The notes beneath the pieces are model-generated. The model worked only from the letters and a program-made list of their open reading frames with translations. It was not told where the DNA came from and did not search any database. A DNA stretch of 64,000 bases, from NCBI GenBank assembly GCA_963728405.1, contig CAVSJV010000005.1, forward strand, positions 64,001 to 128,000, written 5' to 3'. Below, one piece after another: positions 52,047 to 64,000 of the stretch (the stretch's first letter is position 1; each line of letters opens with the position of its first letter). The position numbers and the translations under genes are program-made. This DNA is from Methanomassiliicoccaceae archaeon. Its GTDB lineage: Archaea > Thermoplasmatota > Thermoplasmata > Methanomassiliicoccales > Methanomassiliicoccaceae.

Positions 52047-52355
52047 TCATCGCCAAGTTATCCTCCTCTTCTCATCTCTTTTTTCGGCCTTTTTGATGCA
52101 ATCGGGGCACAGGGTGTTCCTTCTCTTCTCACCCTGGGCGAGGGCATAGAAAACAACGATGAATAGGCCGGTGAAGACCACCCCATAGAGGGAGAGAAGC
52201 GTTGGGGTCGTGGCCACCGTCCCAGTTGACAATCCCATCACTAACACCAGAGCGAATATAACGAACGCTGCAGCGGTCACCAACATCATGTATCGATACC
52301 GGTAGCTAACGCTCCTCGCGAAGCTATTTCCGCATTCGCTGCATTTTATTTCCAT
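52047..52355 (-). CDS. Small membrane protein with split zinc ribbon
   Basis: MEIKCSECG, two TM helices, LCPDC. Confidence 0.65.
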   Translation of the reverse strand: MEIKCSECGNSFARSVSYRYRYMMLVTAAAFVIFALVLVMGLSTGTVATTPTLLSLYGVVFTGLFIVVFYALAQGEKRRNTLCPDCIKKAEKRDEKRRITWR

Positions 52356-52641
52356 GGATGGGAATTGTCTCGCCGATATTAGAGAATGTTCCAAACCAAG
52401 GTGGGATGATCTCTCCCCCATACTAATGATACGGCCATTACTATGGACGATCTGGATACGGACGCCCAAGAACTCGTAAGCTCCCATTCCCAGGTCGCCC
52501 CGATCCCCAGCTTCCGTGGATCTTCTTTGCCGGGACGCTCGTACCCGCCGCCCCGGCCGCCGCCAAGAGGGGCATGTAATGTTCAGGGTCGAAAGTGCGG
52601 CTCGTTCCCTCTTCCATTGCGCTCGACGCATCCTTGGGCGT

Positions 52642-53407
52642 TCACCCGTTCATCCGGGAGAAGATCTGGTCGAAGTTCTCCCTCGAGCCCTGCCTTAGTC
52701 CATGGGCCCTGCCCACAGCGATCTCGTCCTCGTCCTTCTCCAGGCCGACCAGCGTCGCTTTGGCCACCTCCTCGGGCGGGATACCCCGATCGGTCTGTCC
52801 CCTTCTTTTTCTTGCCCCCTTGTCCAGGTTGGTGTCGACCGTGGGCGGGATGACCTCGAAGACCCGGATGGAGGTGTCCTTCAGTTGGTGCCGCAGGGAA
52901 ATGCTGAAGGAATGAATGGCCGCTTTGGTGGCGCAGTAGATGGGCATGGAGGCGATGGGGACGAAGCCAAGGCCGGAGCTCACAGTTCACGATGGCCGCT
53001 TTATCTCTCTTGAGCAGGTCGGGAATGAAATGGGCGGCCAGGTAAACATAGGCCTTGAAATTGATGTCGATCTCGTCCTCCTCGTCGGCCTGCTGATTCC
53101 TCAAGAGGTCCTCGGTCCCCTTCCTCAGGTCGATCATCCGCTGGATCCCGGCGTTGTTGACCAGCACATTCATACGAGGAAAGTTGGAACGCACCCAGTC
53201 GTGAAGTCGCACTCTCTCATCCTCTCTGGACAAGTCGCTCCTTATAATGTTCAGTCCCGGCAGTTCTTCCTTAGCCCGTCTCAGGTTCACTTCCGACCGA
53301 GCACATACGATGACCTCGTTGTCGCGTTCCAGGAACGTCCTGGCCAACGCGAACCCGATCCCGGTCGAACCACCGGTTATCAAAATGGTGTTGCCGCTAG
53401 TTTCCAT
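52642..53407 (-). CDS. Short-chain dehydrogenase (DltE-like), frameshift about 52985
   Basis: ILITGGSTGIG, VNNAG, SSGL, YCATKAA, VIPPTVDT. Confidence 0.88.
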
Positions 53408-53529
53408 AGGGCCCTCCTTGATGATCGGCCGTGCGAGATATGGCCTCAATAGATACGCCCCCTCTTTGAAGAAAGGGAGCGAAGCCCTGATCCTCTTTTA
53501 TTTGTCTGGGCATGATATCGATCCCCCCA

Positions 53530-54249
53530 TCATTCCAGCCCCCTATTTCCATATAGATTGCGGTGGGTGAGATCCACCAGGTCCCGGCGTACCCGGAGCC
53601 CCTTTGCCGGTGAGGACGCTGGATAGCCCAGGCGCAGGCCGTAAACGATCCGCAGGTGGTCAGGGATGCCGAGGGTCCTTTTTACCTCATCCTGCACCGA
53701 AACATCACCGAGGTCGCTCATGATGCGGACGCTGATCCCAAGGGACGTCGCCATAAGCCACATGTTCTCCATGAGGCAGCCCAGACTTACCAGGCCCAGC
53801 AGGTCACCCTCAGAATCGGGGGCTCTCCTTACAGGATCATAGATCACGATCAGAACGAGCGGGCTGCCAGCTATGGTCTGTTCCAGTCTATTGGCATGGC
53901 TCTTCTCCGCGACCTCACCGAACTTGGAGGGGTCGGCCCAGGACGGTGGGAGATCGGCGGCCAGAATGCCAACCTTCTTTCGCCGCAGTTCCTCTTCCGA
54001 GAAGGAAAGCTGCTCATAGTTCTCCCGGAGGAAGGTCTCCGAGACCGGGGATCTTATGCTTCCCAGCGTCTCCAGGACCTTCCGGTCATCGACCATCAGG
54101 ATCTCGAAGTTCTGCATGTTGTGGGCAGTGGGGGCCCACCGGCCCGATTCCAGGATATTTCTAAGGTCATCGAGGCCTATGGTGCGGTAAGGGTCGAAGG
54201 GGGTCCGGACCGATCGGCGGTCCCGAATGAGCCTGAGAACATCGTTCAT
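53530..54249 (-). CDS. Nitroreductase family protein
   Basis: IRDRRSVR, WAPTAHNMQ, ENMWLMATSLGI, LRLGYP. Confidence 0.9.
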   Translation of the reverse strand: MNDVLRLIRDRRSVRTPFDPYRTIGLDDLRNILESGRWAPTAHNMQNFEILMVDDRKVLETLGSIRSPVSETFLRENYEQLSFSEEELRRKKVGILAADLPPSWADPSKFGEVAEKSHANRLEQTIAGSPLVLIVIYDPVRRAPDSEGDLLGLVSLGCLMENMWLMATSLGISVRIMSDLGDVSVQDEVKRTLGIPDHLRIVYGLRLGYPASSPAKGLRVRRDLVDLTHRNLYGNRGLE

Positions 54250-54457
54250 GGCGGTCGTATAATCATCGGAGCTCCTTAGGATAAAAAGAAGCGATGGGCC
54301 AGTGACCCACCTCCCCCTTTCTTCCGAACTTCGGCCATTTATTGGACTAACAGCCATTCCACGGGGGTAACTTTTTATGGTCCGAAATATTGAAGTTGTT
54401 GGTCCGACGATAGGTCGATGTCATATCTATCAATGGATATCTTTGAGGGAAGAAGAG

Positions 54458-54742
54458 ATGACGTTACCCGTGGAGGACCTCAGGGGCCTCGAAACGATCA
54501 GGACGCACAAAAGGCATGAGCGGATCGGCCAATTCATTGAGCAGCTCCTGTCGAAATATGGCAGGATGACCGCCCGGCAGATCCTTACTGCCTACATCGA
54601 TGAGAAATGGCCGTTCAAGACGGCCAAACCCCGCGTCGATGCGAACCAGATCAGCAAGCTGGTCAAGCAATATCCCAACATCGTCGCCGAGCCGAAGGAC
54701 CGGCGGCTGGCCTATCGGCTCAAAGAAAAGCCCGCCCCCTAG
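54458..54742 (+). CDS. Small basic hypothetical protein (possible wHTH)
   Basis: LLSKYGRMTARQIL..NQISKLV..AYRL; T-rich tract after the stop. Confidence 0.6.
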   Translation: MTLPVEDLRGLETIRTHKRHERIGQFIEQLLSKYGRMTARQILTAYIDEKWPFKTAKPRVDANQISKLVKQYPNIVAEPKDRRLAYRLKEKPAP

Positions 54743-55286
54743 CTTTATTTTATAACGGTCCAACGGCAGCGCAGCAATGATGGGTCCCTTCTCAGCGTAG
54801 AGATGGGAACCTTTGGCCTAGTCGATTTCTGAAAGAGGCATAGTTCGGGGATCCCTTTCGGCATGGAGGGATGTCCGTCCCCCTCCGAAAACGCGATCGG
54901 AAGACTTGCCCCGAGCCAAGGTCACGCTCTTTCTAAGGCTTCGTGGGCACCGCCCCTTCGCCGCTATGCTTTCTATTCATCCGGGCCCAGACCTGGTCTG
55001 GACCGATGTAGATGGATCGTATTTATTAGCTAATTCTCCGGCCATGTATAGGAACTGTATTTTGAAAGAGGCCTTTCCTTGGTATTTGCCAGATCGATGC
55101 CTGGCGCCCGAACGAGCGTCACGACGGGGCGCTGCAGGGAGGGGACAGTTGGCCGAGTTGAACAGCTCCATCGGCACCCCTGATCTACGAAATGGAGCAA
55201 GGAACCGTGATGGAGCACCGATATCTGGCATAAGAGGGCGATATGGCCTGGGCCACTGAAAGGGGATAGAGGTACGCGGAGGAGTA

Positions 55287-56497
55287 TCAGGTACGGGTCT
55301 CGTTGGCCACCCGGTCGTGCGCCATCTCCAGCGCCCTCACTGCCGGAAGCTCTCTCCCTGCTAGCATATCCAGGAACGCCCCCCCACCTGTGGAAACGTA
55401 GGAGATGCGATCTCTCAGCCCGTATCGGTCAATGGCCGATCCGGTGTCCCCGCCTCCCACCAGGGAAAAGGCCGGTGAGCGGGCGATGGCCTCGGCGACT
55501 GCGCGGGTCCCCTTGCTGAAGGGTTCCATCTCGAACACTCCCAGGGGTCCGTTCCACACGATGGTGCCGGCACCTTCTAGCTTAGAAACGAACAGGTCGA
55601 TCGTCTCGGGGCCAATATCCAAGGCCAGGCGGTCCGCTTCGATCCCACTTGACGGTACGGTCTCGATCACCGCCCCCTCGGCTTTCTGGTCCGCCGTCAC
55701 GAGGTCCACGGGAAGGAATAGTCGCCCCCCCACTCCCTCGTCCCCTTTGAGGATGCCCCGAGCTTTCTCGACCGCATCCGAGGGGACATCTGCCTTGCCC
55801 ACCTTCAGGCCCCTGGCCTTTAGGAAGGGTAGGGCCATCGCGCCCCCTATCAGCAGAGCATCCACTCTTCTAGCCAGGTGGGCGAGCACCTCGATCTTGG
55901 ATGTGACCTTCCCTCCCCCCATTACCGCCACCAGCGGTCGGCGGGGGGCATCCAGCGCCTTCTCAAGTGTTTCGAGCTCCCTCTTCATCAAGAGGCCGCC
56001 GCCCTTCTCCCCCACATATTTGGTCACCCCGACAGTTGGAGGCATGCTGGCGGTGGGCATTGGCGAAGGCATCGTCGATATAGACCTCGGCTAGGGAGGC
56101 TAGGCTTCGCGACAGCGTATCATCGTTCTCCTCTTCGCCGGGGTCGAACCTAAGGTTCTCGAGCATGACCACCGCGCCAGGGTGCATTTGCATCGCCGCA
56201 TCCCTCGCTCGGGGGCCGGCCACCTCATCAATGAAGGCAACCTCGGTTCCCAGCATCTCGGTGAGCCGCTCGGCCACGGGGGCCAGGCTCAGTTGGGGGA
56301 CCACCTTTCCTTTGGGCCTATCCAGATGAGAGATGATGATGACCTTGCTCCCCTTCTCTAGAGCTAATCGAATGGTGGGTAGGGCCGCCCGCATTCGGGA
56401 GTCATCCATAACCTCGACCCCCCTCCAGCGGCACGTTGAAATCTACACGCAGCAGCAGTCTTCTTCCCGCTATGTCCATCCGGTCCACGAATCTCAT
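55287..56497 (-). CDS. pgk: Phosphoglycerate kinase, bacterial-like (two frameshifts)
   Basis: RVDFNVP, SHLDRPKG, LENLRF, DAFANAHR, GGGKV, DIGPET, WNGPLGVFE, GGGDT, STGGGAFL. Confidence 0.92.
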
Positions 56498-56593
56498 AGG
56501 CACACATAGGTCCTTTTGTGGGGAAGAGGAATAAAACAGTATGGAGGGGGCGTTCCCTCCCCCTCGCCAGGGAACGACCGTTGCGGGGGCCGA

Positions 56594-59500
56594 TCAATCG
56601 TTCGGGGGGCTCAAATCGAACTCCAACTGGTCACCTGGCGCTAAAGTGCGGACCTCTGCCCGGAAGCCGATCGAGATCGGGGCGATATCTTGTGACCGAC
56701 TGGACAATCTCAGTTTCTCGTGGTCGATCTCCACCTTTAACCGGTGGCGACGGTACATGATATCGAACTGTAATCGGTTAAGCTCCTTGGGGAGGGTGGG
56801 ATTGAACCGCAGGACCTCACCCCGGGCCTCCAGTCCGGAATAGCACCTCTGGATCATGTCCACTGTGCCGGCCATGGCCCCCAGGTGGATCCCCTCGTGG
56901 GTGGTTCCGCCCTGGGTGTCCGATATGTCGCTCTGAAGGGCCTCCCGGAAAAGATTCCACGATTCCTCCCGGTTGGATCTGGACAGCACCCAGGCGTGGA
57001 CCACCCGACTGAGCGTGGAACCATGAGAGGTTCGCGCCAAATAGTAATCGATGGTCTTGGAGATCATATCCTCCCCCAACCTATAGCCCAGGCGGTCGAA
57101 CAGTTCCCGCAGCTCGTCCTCGGAAAGCAAGTAGAACAGCATCAACACGTCCGCTTGCTTCGAGAGCTTGTACCGGTTGGGGGAATCACCATCCGCCTCA
57201 AGGATCCGATCTAGGCGCTGTATATTGCCATACTTGTTGCGATACTTCTCCCATTCCAGCTCTTTGAGCTTCTCGTAGCCCTGGAACTGGCTGATTATCC
57301 CGTCCCCGTGGAAGGGGACGAACATCTTACGGCTGATCTGTCTCCAGTGGTTCAGCTCCTCCTTGGTCAGCGAGAGGTCCGCCCACACGGCCTTGCATTG
57401 CTCCATGGGTAGCAGGTGAAGGGTATCCAGGGTCCGACACATCAGCCACATGACCATCACATTGGTGTAGGCGTTGTTATCGATGCCCGGCTCGGTCGCA
57501 TCCGGATACCTTTCGTGGTATTCGTCCGGACCCATCACCTTGCAGATCTCATAGCGGTCGATCGACTCATTGTACTTGGCCATGCTCGCCCAGAACCGGG
57601 CTATCTCGATCAGCATCTCCGCTCCGTAGAACGACAGGAAATCCAGGTCCCCGGTGACCTGGTAGTATTGCCAAATGTTGTATGCCACGGCCAGGTTGAT
57701 GTGCCGTTCCAGCTGCGAATTGTCCGTTATCCAACGCCCCGACAGGGGGTTCAAGTGCAGCACCTGCCCCTCCTCCCGGCCATCGCTGCCGCTCTGCCAT
57801 GGGAACATGGCACCGGCAAGTCCCACCTGTTTGGCCGCCCAGCGGGCCATGGGCAGTCGTCGGTAACGGTACAGGAGGAGGGAGCGAGGAATATCCGGGA
57901 TGCGAAGGTTCAGGAACGGGAAAATGAAGATCTCGTCCCACATGATGAGGCCCCGGTATGCTTCTCCATGCAGGCCTCGGGGGGAACCCCCACGTCCAGA
58001 TCGATGGAATGGATCGACACGGTCTGAAGCAGATGGAAGACGTGAAGGTTCAAGATTTGAGCCAGCTTTCCATGGTCGGCCTCCACGTTTATTTGGCACC
58101 GGCTCCACAGATTCTCCCACTCCTTCTCATGGCTTTGGCGTAGATTCTCAAAGCTCTCCGCGCGGTTCACCTCGTCGACGGCCTCCAGTAGGCTCTCCGA
58201 AATGGCCCTGTCCTTGGACGAGAAGACCGAAGCGATCTTCTCGATGCGTGTCGATCTCCCCGCCTTCAACGGTATTTTCAAATCCTGGCCGATGTAACCG
58301 AGCTCCTCGATGGTCCCCCGTTCCAGGTCGATGGGCCGGTTATCCTGGAAGACCCTGGTTCGGGCCGCCACGGCGATCTTGATGTGGGATTGTTTGGTCT
58401 CTCCTTGGATCCAGATCACCTCTCGACCGGAGGATCCGGCGATGACCTGCCCAAAATGGTGGTTGTTCAGCTGGCGATAGCGTTTAACAAGGGTATTATC
58501 CACCCTTCCATCCACAGCCGAGCGCAGCATGAGGGCCCCCGACCAGTTCTCCGGGGTGAGCGTAGTCTCCAGCCCGGCCAGGTGGGGCGAGTCCATGCTA
58601 ATGAAACGCCGCTGTTTGAGAAAGGTCCGGTGGCCGTGCTCATCGGTGAACCTCATGGTTCTGCTCAGCACGCCTTTTCGCATGTCCAGCTCCTGATGAT
58701 AATCTTCCAGCTCGACCCGGCTGACATCGAACCACTGGTCTTCTCCAAGGCGGAAGGAGAGGGACAGCCAGTTAGGGATGTTCACCATGCTCTCGTTCTC
58801 TATGGTGTGGTCGAAGATCTCGCTATCCAGTCGATTATAGACTCCTGCCAGGTACGTTCCAGGGTAGTGGGATTTTCCCGCCACCGATTCGGGCGCGGCC
58901 CCTCTGGTCGCAAAATAGCCATTGCCGACCGTACATAGGGACTCCCGCAACTTCTCCTTTTCAGGCACGAATCCCTCGTAGTCCAGGGTCCAGATCCCGT
59001 GGGTCGTCTCCCTATTAAAGAGCCCTACCAGGTCCTTCAGGAAAGTGTACACCTCCCCGACGTCGCTCAGGACGTGGCTTGCCCTGGTGGTCTGGCCCGC
59101 ATCCCCAACGAGTATGGTGATGCCCCGATCCCCGATGGCCCGGAAGGCATCCTCATCGGTCACATCATCCCCGATGTACAGGGGCACCACCCGGGAGCCG
59201 TTCATATGGAGCTTGTCCAAGAGGTACAGGACCACCTTGCCCTTATCCCAGTCCACGTTCGGGCGGAGTTCGAACACCTTCTTACCCCCCATCTTCTTCA
59301 GTTCGGGGTGTCGGTGGGCCACTTCATTGAACAAGGCTTCCAACCGGGGGACATCCCCATCATCGACCGAACGATAGTGTACGGCCATGGCGAACTTCTT
59401 CCGCTCTACCCAGGCCCCCTTTACCACCTCGACCGCCGTTTTGAGCTCCCTTTCCGTCCTATCGAGCGCGGGCAGATATTCCAGGCCCCGCTCCTGGTCG

Positions 59501-60592
59501 GGAGTGACCTCGCCTGGCCCCAATACCTCGAAACCATGGCTTCCTACGTAAGCCAGGTCGGGCAAGCCAACCATCTTCCGGACATCCTCGAGATCGCGTC
59601 CGCTCACCACCGATACACGGCAATGATGGGCCAGTTCTCGGAGGGCATCACGCATATTTTCCGACAGGATGGCCAGGGAAGGTTCGCTCACTATGGGCGT
59701 GAGAGTACCATCGTAGTCGAGGAATATCGCTGGCACTCCCTCCTGCAGTTGCCTGAACAGGCTCTCCTCCTCGACCAATGCAGAAGGCAATCCCCTCCTC
59801 AGCGCCATCGCCAATCGGGATCTCGGATAGGTCCTTGACCACCACATCGGCCCCGTGGTCCCTCAGGGCGCTCTCTTGGCCCACCCGGTCGACCCCGATC
59901 ACCACCGCGAAGCCACCAGCCTTCCCAGCTTCCACCCCGGCGAGAGCGTCCTCGATGATCGCTGACATTTCGGGGCTGACCTTGAGCCTCCTCGCCGCTT
60001 CTAGAAAGATGTCTGGGGCCGGTTTCCCCTTGAGCCCGAGCGCCTTTGCATCGATGCCGTCCACCACCGCGTCGAACAGGCCCGTCAGGCCTGCTTTCTC
60101 CAGCACCTTCTTGGCGTTGCGGCTGGCCGATATAAGGGCAACTCGAGTCCCCCTCGCTCTCAGCCTCCGGATAAATCTCAGGCTTTCTGGGTATGGTTCC
60201 ACCCCTTGGATCTCCAGCTGTTCAAGGAATAGGGCGTTCTTCCGGTTGCCTATCCCGTAGACCGTCTCTTGTTCCGGGGGGTCTCGGGGAGTCCCATCAG
60301 GTATCGAGATGTGCCGGGATTCCAGGAAGCTCCTGACCCCATCGTAACGGGGCTTCCCATCCACATAGCGAAGGTAATCGATATTTGTCTCAAAAGGGAC
60401 GAAAACCTCTCCGGACCGGGCCGCGCGCTCCCGCAGATAGCTGTCGAGCGTCTGCTTCCATGCGGCGGCATGGATGCTGGCGGTGTCGGTGACCACCCCA
60501 TCCATATCCAGGATGAACGCATCAAGGTCCTCCAGATCAATGGCGCCTCCTCCTTTCGCAATACACCTTCCTAATGTGGCCGTTCTTCCCAT
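56594..60592 (-). CDS. Fusion: beta-PGM-like HAD + trehalose-6-phosphate phosphatase + GH65 phosphorylase (two frameshifts)
   Basis: DMDGVVTDT, KPAPD, EDALAG; DYDGTL, SGR, GSHG, WDKG, GDDVTDED; GNGYFATRG, RGLHGEAYRG, WDE, GPDEYH, KQAD, HGSTLS, GIHLGAMAG. Confidence 0.9.
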
Positions 60593-61182
60593 GTTCTGTC
60601 CGTCCGGCTCTATGTTTGAAGCTGACCGTCCTTATTTTTTTCCTAACAAAGCTCGTCGGGAGGGGTCTTGCCCATCGATGATCTGAAAAGCATGTTGACG
60701 AAGGGGGCCTCGGGAGCGTTGAGACACGCCTTCGCCCGGTTCCTCATCATCTTCAGCACAGTGATAACGTAAATGAGCGTCGGGAAGGCCGTCTGCGGGA
60801 CCAGATGATATCATTCATCTGGCCATCGTGGATCTGCCATATCTCCTTACTCTTAGCCAGGGAGATCATGGTCATGGATCTGGGAGACTCTCGATCATGG
60901 AACTGCGACCGGGGAAAAAGGACTGGGTCCATTTCCTTGGGGCGGTCGAAGCATGTTCCCCCCGATCGCTTTAAGCGATCGGCGATGCGGAGAATTATAA
61001 AGGATAGATAAGGCAACATTGGGCCGTTCGGTGCACTCCGGATGGAGAAAGATAATAACGGTCTTGCGCAGGACCGTCCCCTGCGACGTCCATCCATGCC
61101 GAGTAATGCCGTTCCGAAATGTTCTGAGCATGGAATGTTGTTCCATCGGATCTCACCCTATCGTGCTCCTATTGGAGAGTGC

Positions 61183-61314
61183 TCACTTGCGCTTTTCCTT
61201 TACCAGCTTCTTTTTGGCCCTCTTGTTCCCCGATGCGGCCAGCGTTTCAAGGCCGGCAAGCTTCTCCCCTTTCTCGTCCTTGCGCTTTTTCAGGTCGTTC
61301 TTCGAGATGCTCAT
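61183..61314 (-). CDS. 43-aa lysine-rich small protein
   Basis: MSISKNDLKKRKDEKGEKLAGLETLAASGNKRAKKKLVKEKRK-stop; below the ORF-track cutoff. Confidence 0.6.
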   Translation of the reverse strand: MSISKNDLKKRKDEKGEKLAGLETLAASGNKRAKKKLVKEKRK

Positions 61315-61570
61315 GAGTGGGAACTCAGTTATCCGCTACATAAGGGGGACTGTACTATTATCTGGGCTCTCCAGGGGTCGAACGGATCGACCCATCTCCT
61401 TCTTCCAAAATTATGGGCGATCGCCGGCGCTCAAGGCATTCTAGGATATCATTCGTCGGCCAGATGAATTAACTACTGGGACCGACGTTCCAATCTCCGT
61501 TGGTCCATCTTATCCGCGATGCTCAGGGGAGAGCGCATCGAGGCCAAGATCGAGCGTGGGGATGGGGATT

Positions 61571-64000
61571 ATGTCAGCGCCGAAGCAGCAAGTAGTGGTC
61601 ACCGATATCGGAGAGTACATCAACCAGCATTGCTGCGAAAGGAGCTTCAAACTGCGTCTGAACAAGGCCGAGGTCGCTCGGCGCTTCCCGTTCTACGCTA
61701 CCGTGCGCAGTCCCTTGAACCCGATCCTGGCGACCATGGGCCGTATGAGGGAGAACGACCTCGAGTCGGGCATGAGGGCGAGCATGCTGCTCCTCAACCC
61801 TCACGGCGAGAACGAGGAAGCGATCCGGATCAGCTGGGAGCAGTACCTGGACGCGCTGAACCGCACTCCCGCGGGACAGGACTGCTTTGCTCGCGAGGTC
61901 GAGATCGAGCGGCCCATCGGGCAGTTCGTCATCTCCGGTCGTATGGATTTCGTCACCCTCCGGTGGGACGGGGAAGTGCCGCACGTACGGATCGTGGAGT
62001 GCAAGGCCAGCCGGAAGGACAAGACCTATCACCGCGTCCAGCTCGCTGCCTACCGCGCCATGGTCTCGGAGATGATCGAGCAGGATGGCCTGGACATCGG
62101 CGGGAAGCATTTCGATGACGTTGTCCTAGAATCAGTGGTGGCGCGGATCGACGAGGCGACCAATGAAGTTCAGGACGCCCTCGCGCTCCCGTCCCTGGAT
62201 CTCGAGGAGGAGATCGGCGACCTGCGCAATCTCCTCTCCGCCCGGGGGCCGCTGTCCCGCATCTCGCGGACCGAGCTGGACGATCTTGGATACTGCCTCG
62301 AGTCGAAGTGTGATTCGTGCGTTCATTGCCCCATCTGCCTGCCGGAGAGCGCCCGGCAGCGCCGCCTGGAGCTATTGGGCCTGGAGCCTTCTACGGTCCG
62401 TCTGCTGACCGGAGCTGCGGTCCGGACGGTCGATGACCTGGCCGACCTGGACCCTAAGGGCTCGAGGGCCCTGGCCCTCCGAAGCACGGTCGGCTTCACC
62501 GCAGACCTGGACGACCTCGTGATCAGAGCGAGGGCGCGGCGCTCCACCCTCGCCGACAAGCGGAGCGGGGACTGGGGAGTCATGGCCAAGAGGCACTCCG
62601 GCCCCGGGCTGCTGCCGTCCCACGATGACGAGTGCGGCAACCGCCTCGTCCGGGTGTTCCTGAATATCGAGTACGATTACATCGAGGACCGGTTGGTTGG
62701 CATGGCCGCCCACGTCACCGACAGCGGCATGTCCCTTTACACCCGCATGCCCCGTTACGGTGAACCGGGAGAGTCGGACCCCGTGCCGAGGGAATGCGTT
62801 CCCAAGAGCGCCGTTGAAGGGCCTATGCGCGCGGTCGAGGTCGTCCGCATCATGGAACGGCCGTGGTCCGGAAATGCGAACGAGGACGACCAGGCCGAGG
62901 GCGCCATGCTCCGATCGTTCTTCGAACAGCTGGTCGACGCCATCGTCCGCATCGGCGGTACTGGTCTCCGGCCCCTGCACTTCTACACTTGGTCGAAAGG
63001 AGAGATGGACCATCTGATCGATTCGTGCTCCCGTGCCGGTGGCCCCCTCCTGCACAATCTGACCGAGCTGCTGGGCTGCCGCGCGGAGTGCCGAGCGGAC
63101 CTCGAGCAGATGATCTTCACCCCGCTGCGGGACGAGATCGAGGCAAAGGTCATGCTCGGTTACACCGGTCTCAGCCCGGTCATCGCCACGTCCCTTTCGT
63201 GGTTCGGGTTTCCCCGCTTCCACTGGGTCCGCGCTGTGAACGGTGTGCCGGTCGACCTGTCCTCGGCCTTCCGCCGGGACATCTTTGACTTTCGGACCTC
63301 CCTATACTTGGATGAGAAGGGCGAGTGGAGCGACCGCGATGATCCCTCGGCCACCAAGCAGTTCTTTGAGGTCCGCACCCACTTCAGCTCCGACGTCAAC
63401 GCTCCCTACTGGTACGCCATGTGGGGAATACTTCCTCAGGAGCGGACCAAGGACCACATGCTCCCGCGGGCCCTGGAGGACTACCGTCGCGGCGGAAGCG
63501 CTGAATTGATCTCCTCGTTCCTCGTCGCCAAGTGCCAGGCGCTGCGGTGGCTGGAAGAGAGATTGTACCAGAACTCCAAGATATCCAAGCCCCCGGTGCC
63601 GCTGGGCGACCTGACAAGCATTGAGACGCGGTTCGAAGGCCGCTACGACTGTCGTGGCGGCGTCGCTAGACTTCCTGCGGCTCGATCACCATGTCAAGAA
63701 GACCGAGTGGCTGATCGATAGCCTGCGCTCGCCCTCCGCTCGAGTTGCCCAAGGCTCCTGTCTCCCCCTCAAGGACATGTTCTTCTTCGAGGACGAGGGC
63801 AAGAGCTTTGCATGTGGGTCCCTCGATCTGGTACGGTTCTCCACCGACCCGAAGGTGTTCTTCTCGTCGTGCACCGTTGAGGAGGGGAGCTTCGTTCGCA
63901 TCGCACCATACTCCGGGGACGTGGACTCCGGCCAGACTGTCCGAGACCTGGTCTCTCTCGGGGTGACGGCCCACATCGAATTGCTCGACCCGGTCACCGG
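61571..64000 (+). CDS. Large Cas4/Dna2-like PD-(D/E)XK nuclease (probable nuclease-helicase fusion); runs off the window, frameshift about 63660
   Basis: HCCER, GRMDF, VECKAS, HRVQLAAY, KCDSCVHCPIC, HhH-like LLGL..TVDDLA, RNase H-like RVFLNIEYD..HFY. Confidence 0.75.

Noticed and set aside
6957-63700. Frameshifts in ppcA, RACo, acsB, ABC ATPase, kinase, tnpB, pgk, GH65 and others as programmed frameshifting or mass pseudogenisation
   Set aside because: Scattered small indels, often in homopolymers, with conserved protein on both sides and no shared slippery motif. This is typical of unpolished long reads; read mapping would decide.
1-64000. CRISPR array associated with the Cas4-like or TnpB genes
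   Set aside because: No regularly spaced direct repeats found by eye.

Overview
GC-rich archaeal chromosome segment. The gene set (archaeal PpcA, TATA/BRE promoters, HisKA_7TM kinases, bacterial-type acs genes) is most consistent with a Methanomassiliicoccales-like Thermoplasmatota methanogen; this assignment is inference. Many clearly conserved genes are split by 1-2 nt indels, most likely long-read assembly errors. 1-32 kb: core/metabolic region with a corrinoid C1 cluster that has no CODH in this window (acsE, RACo/AcsV, MesB-type methionine synthase, cooC, acsC, acsD, bacterial-type acsB, cooT). It is interleaved with purH, a divergent QueG-like protein, gamma-carbonic anhydrase-wHTH-ppcA, an apparently inactive ApeA/HEPN-like protein, PadR-ABC, an ArcE-like GTPase-fold enzyme and two 7TM-PAS kinases. 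32.9-34.3 kb: a solo TnpB with a right-end hairpin, then tRNA-Leu(TAA). 34.3-51.9 kb: a decaying island bounded by a degenerate copy of the tRNA 3' half. It holds pseudogenes, an IS5 remnant, stress genes and a translationally coupled four-gene operon (polysaccharide pyruvyltransferase-like, reductase-acyl-CoA ligase fusion, V4R/ATC-hydrolase-like, Fe-S GMC oxidoreductase). 52-64 kb: SDR, nitroreductase, bacterial-type pgk, HAD-OtsB-GH65 fusion and the start of a large Cas4/Dna2-like nuclease. No CRISPR array or rRNA seen.
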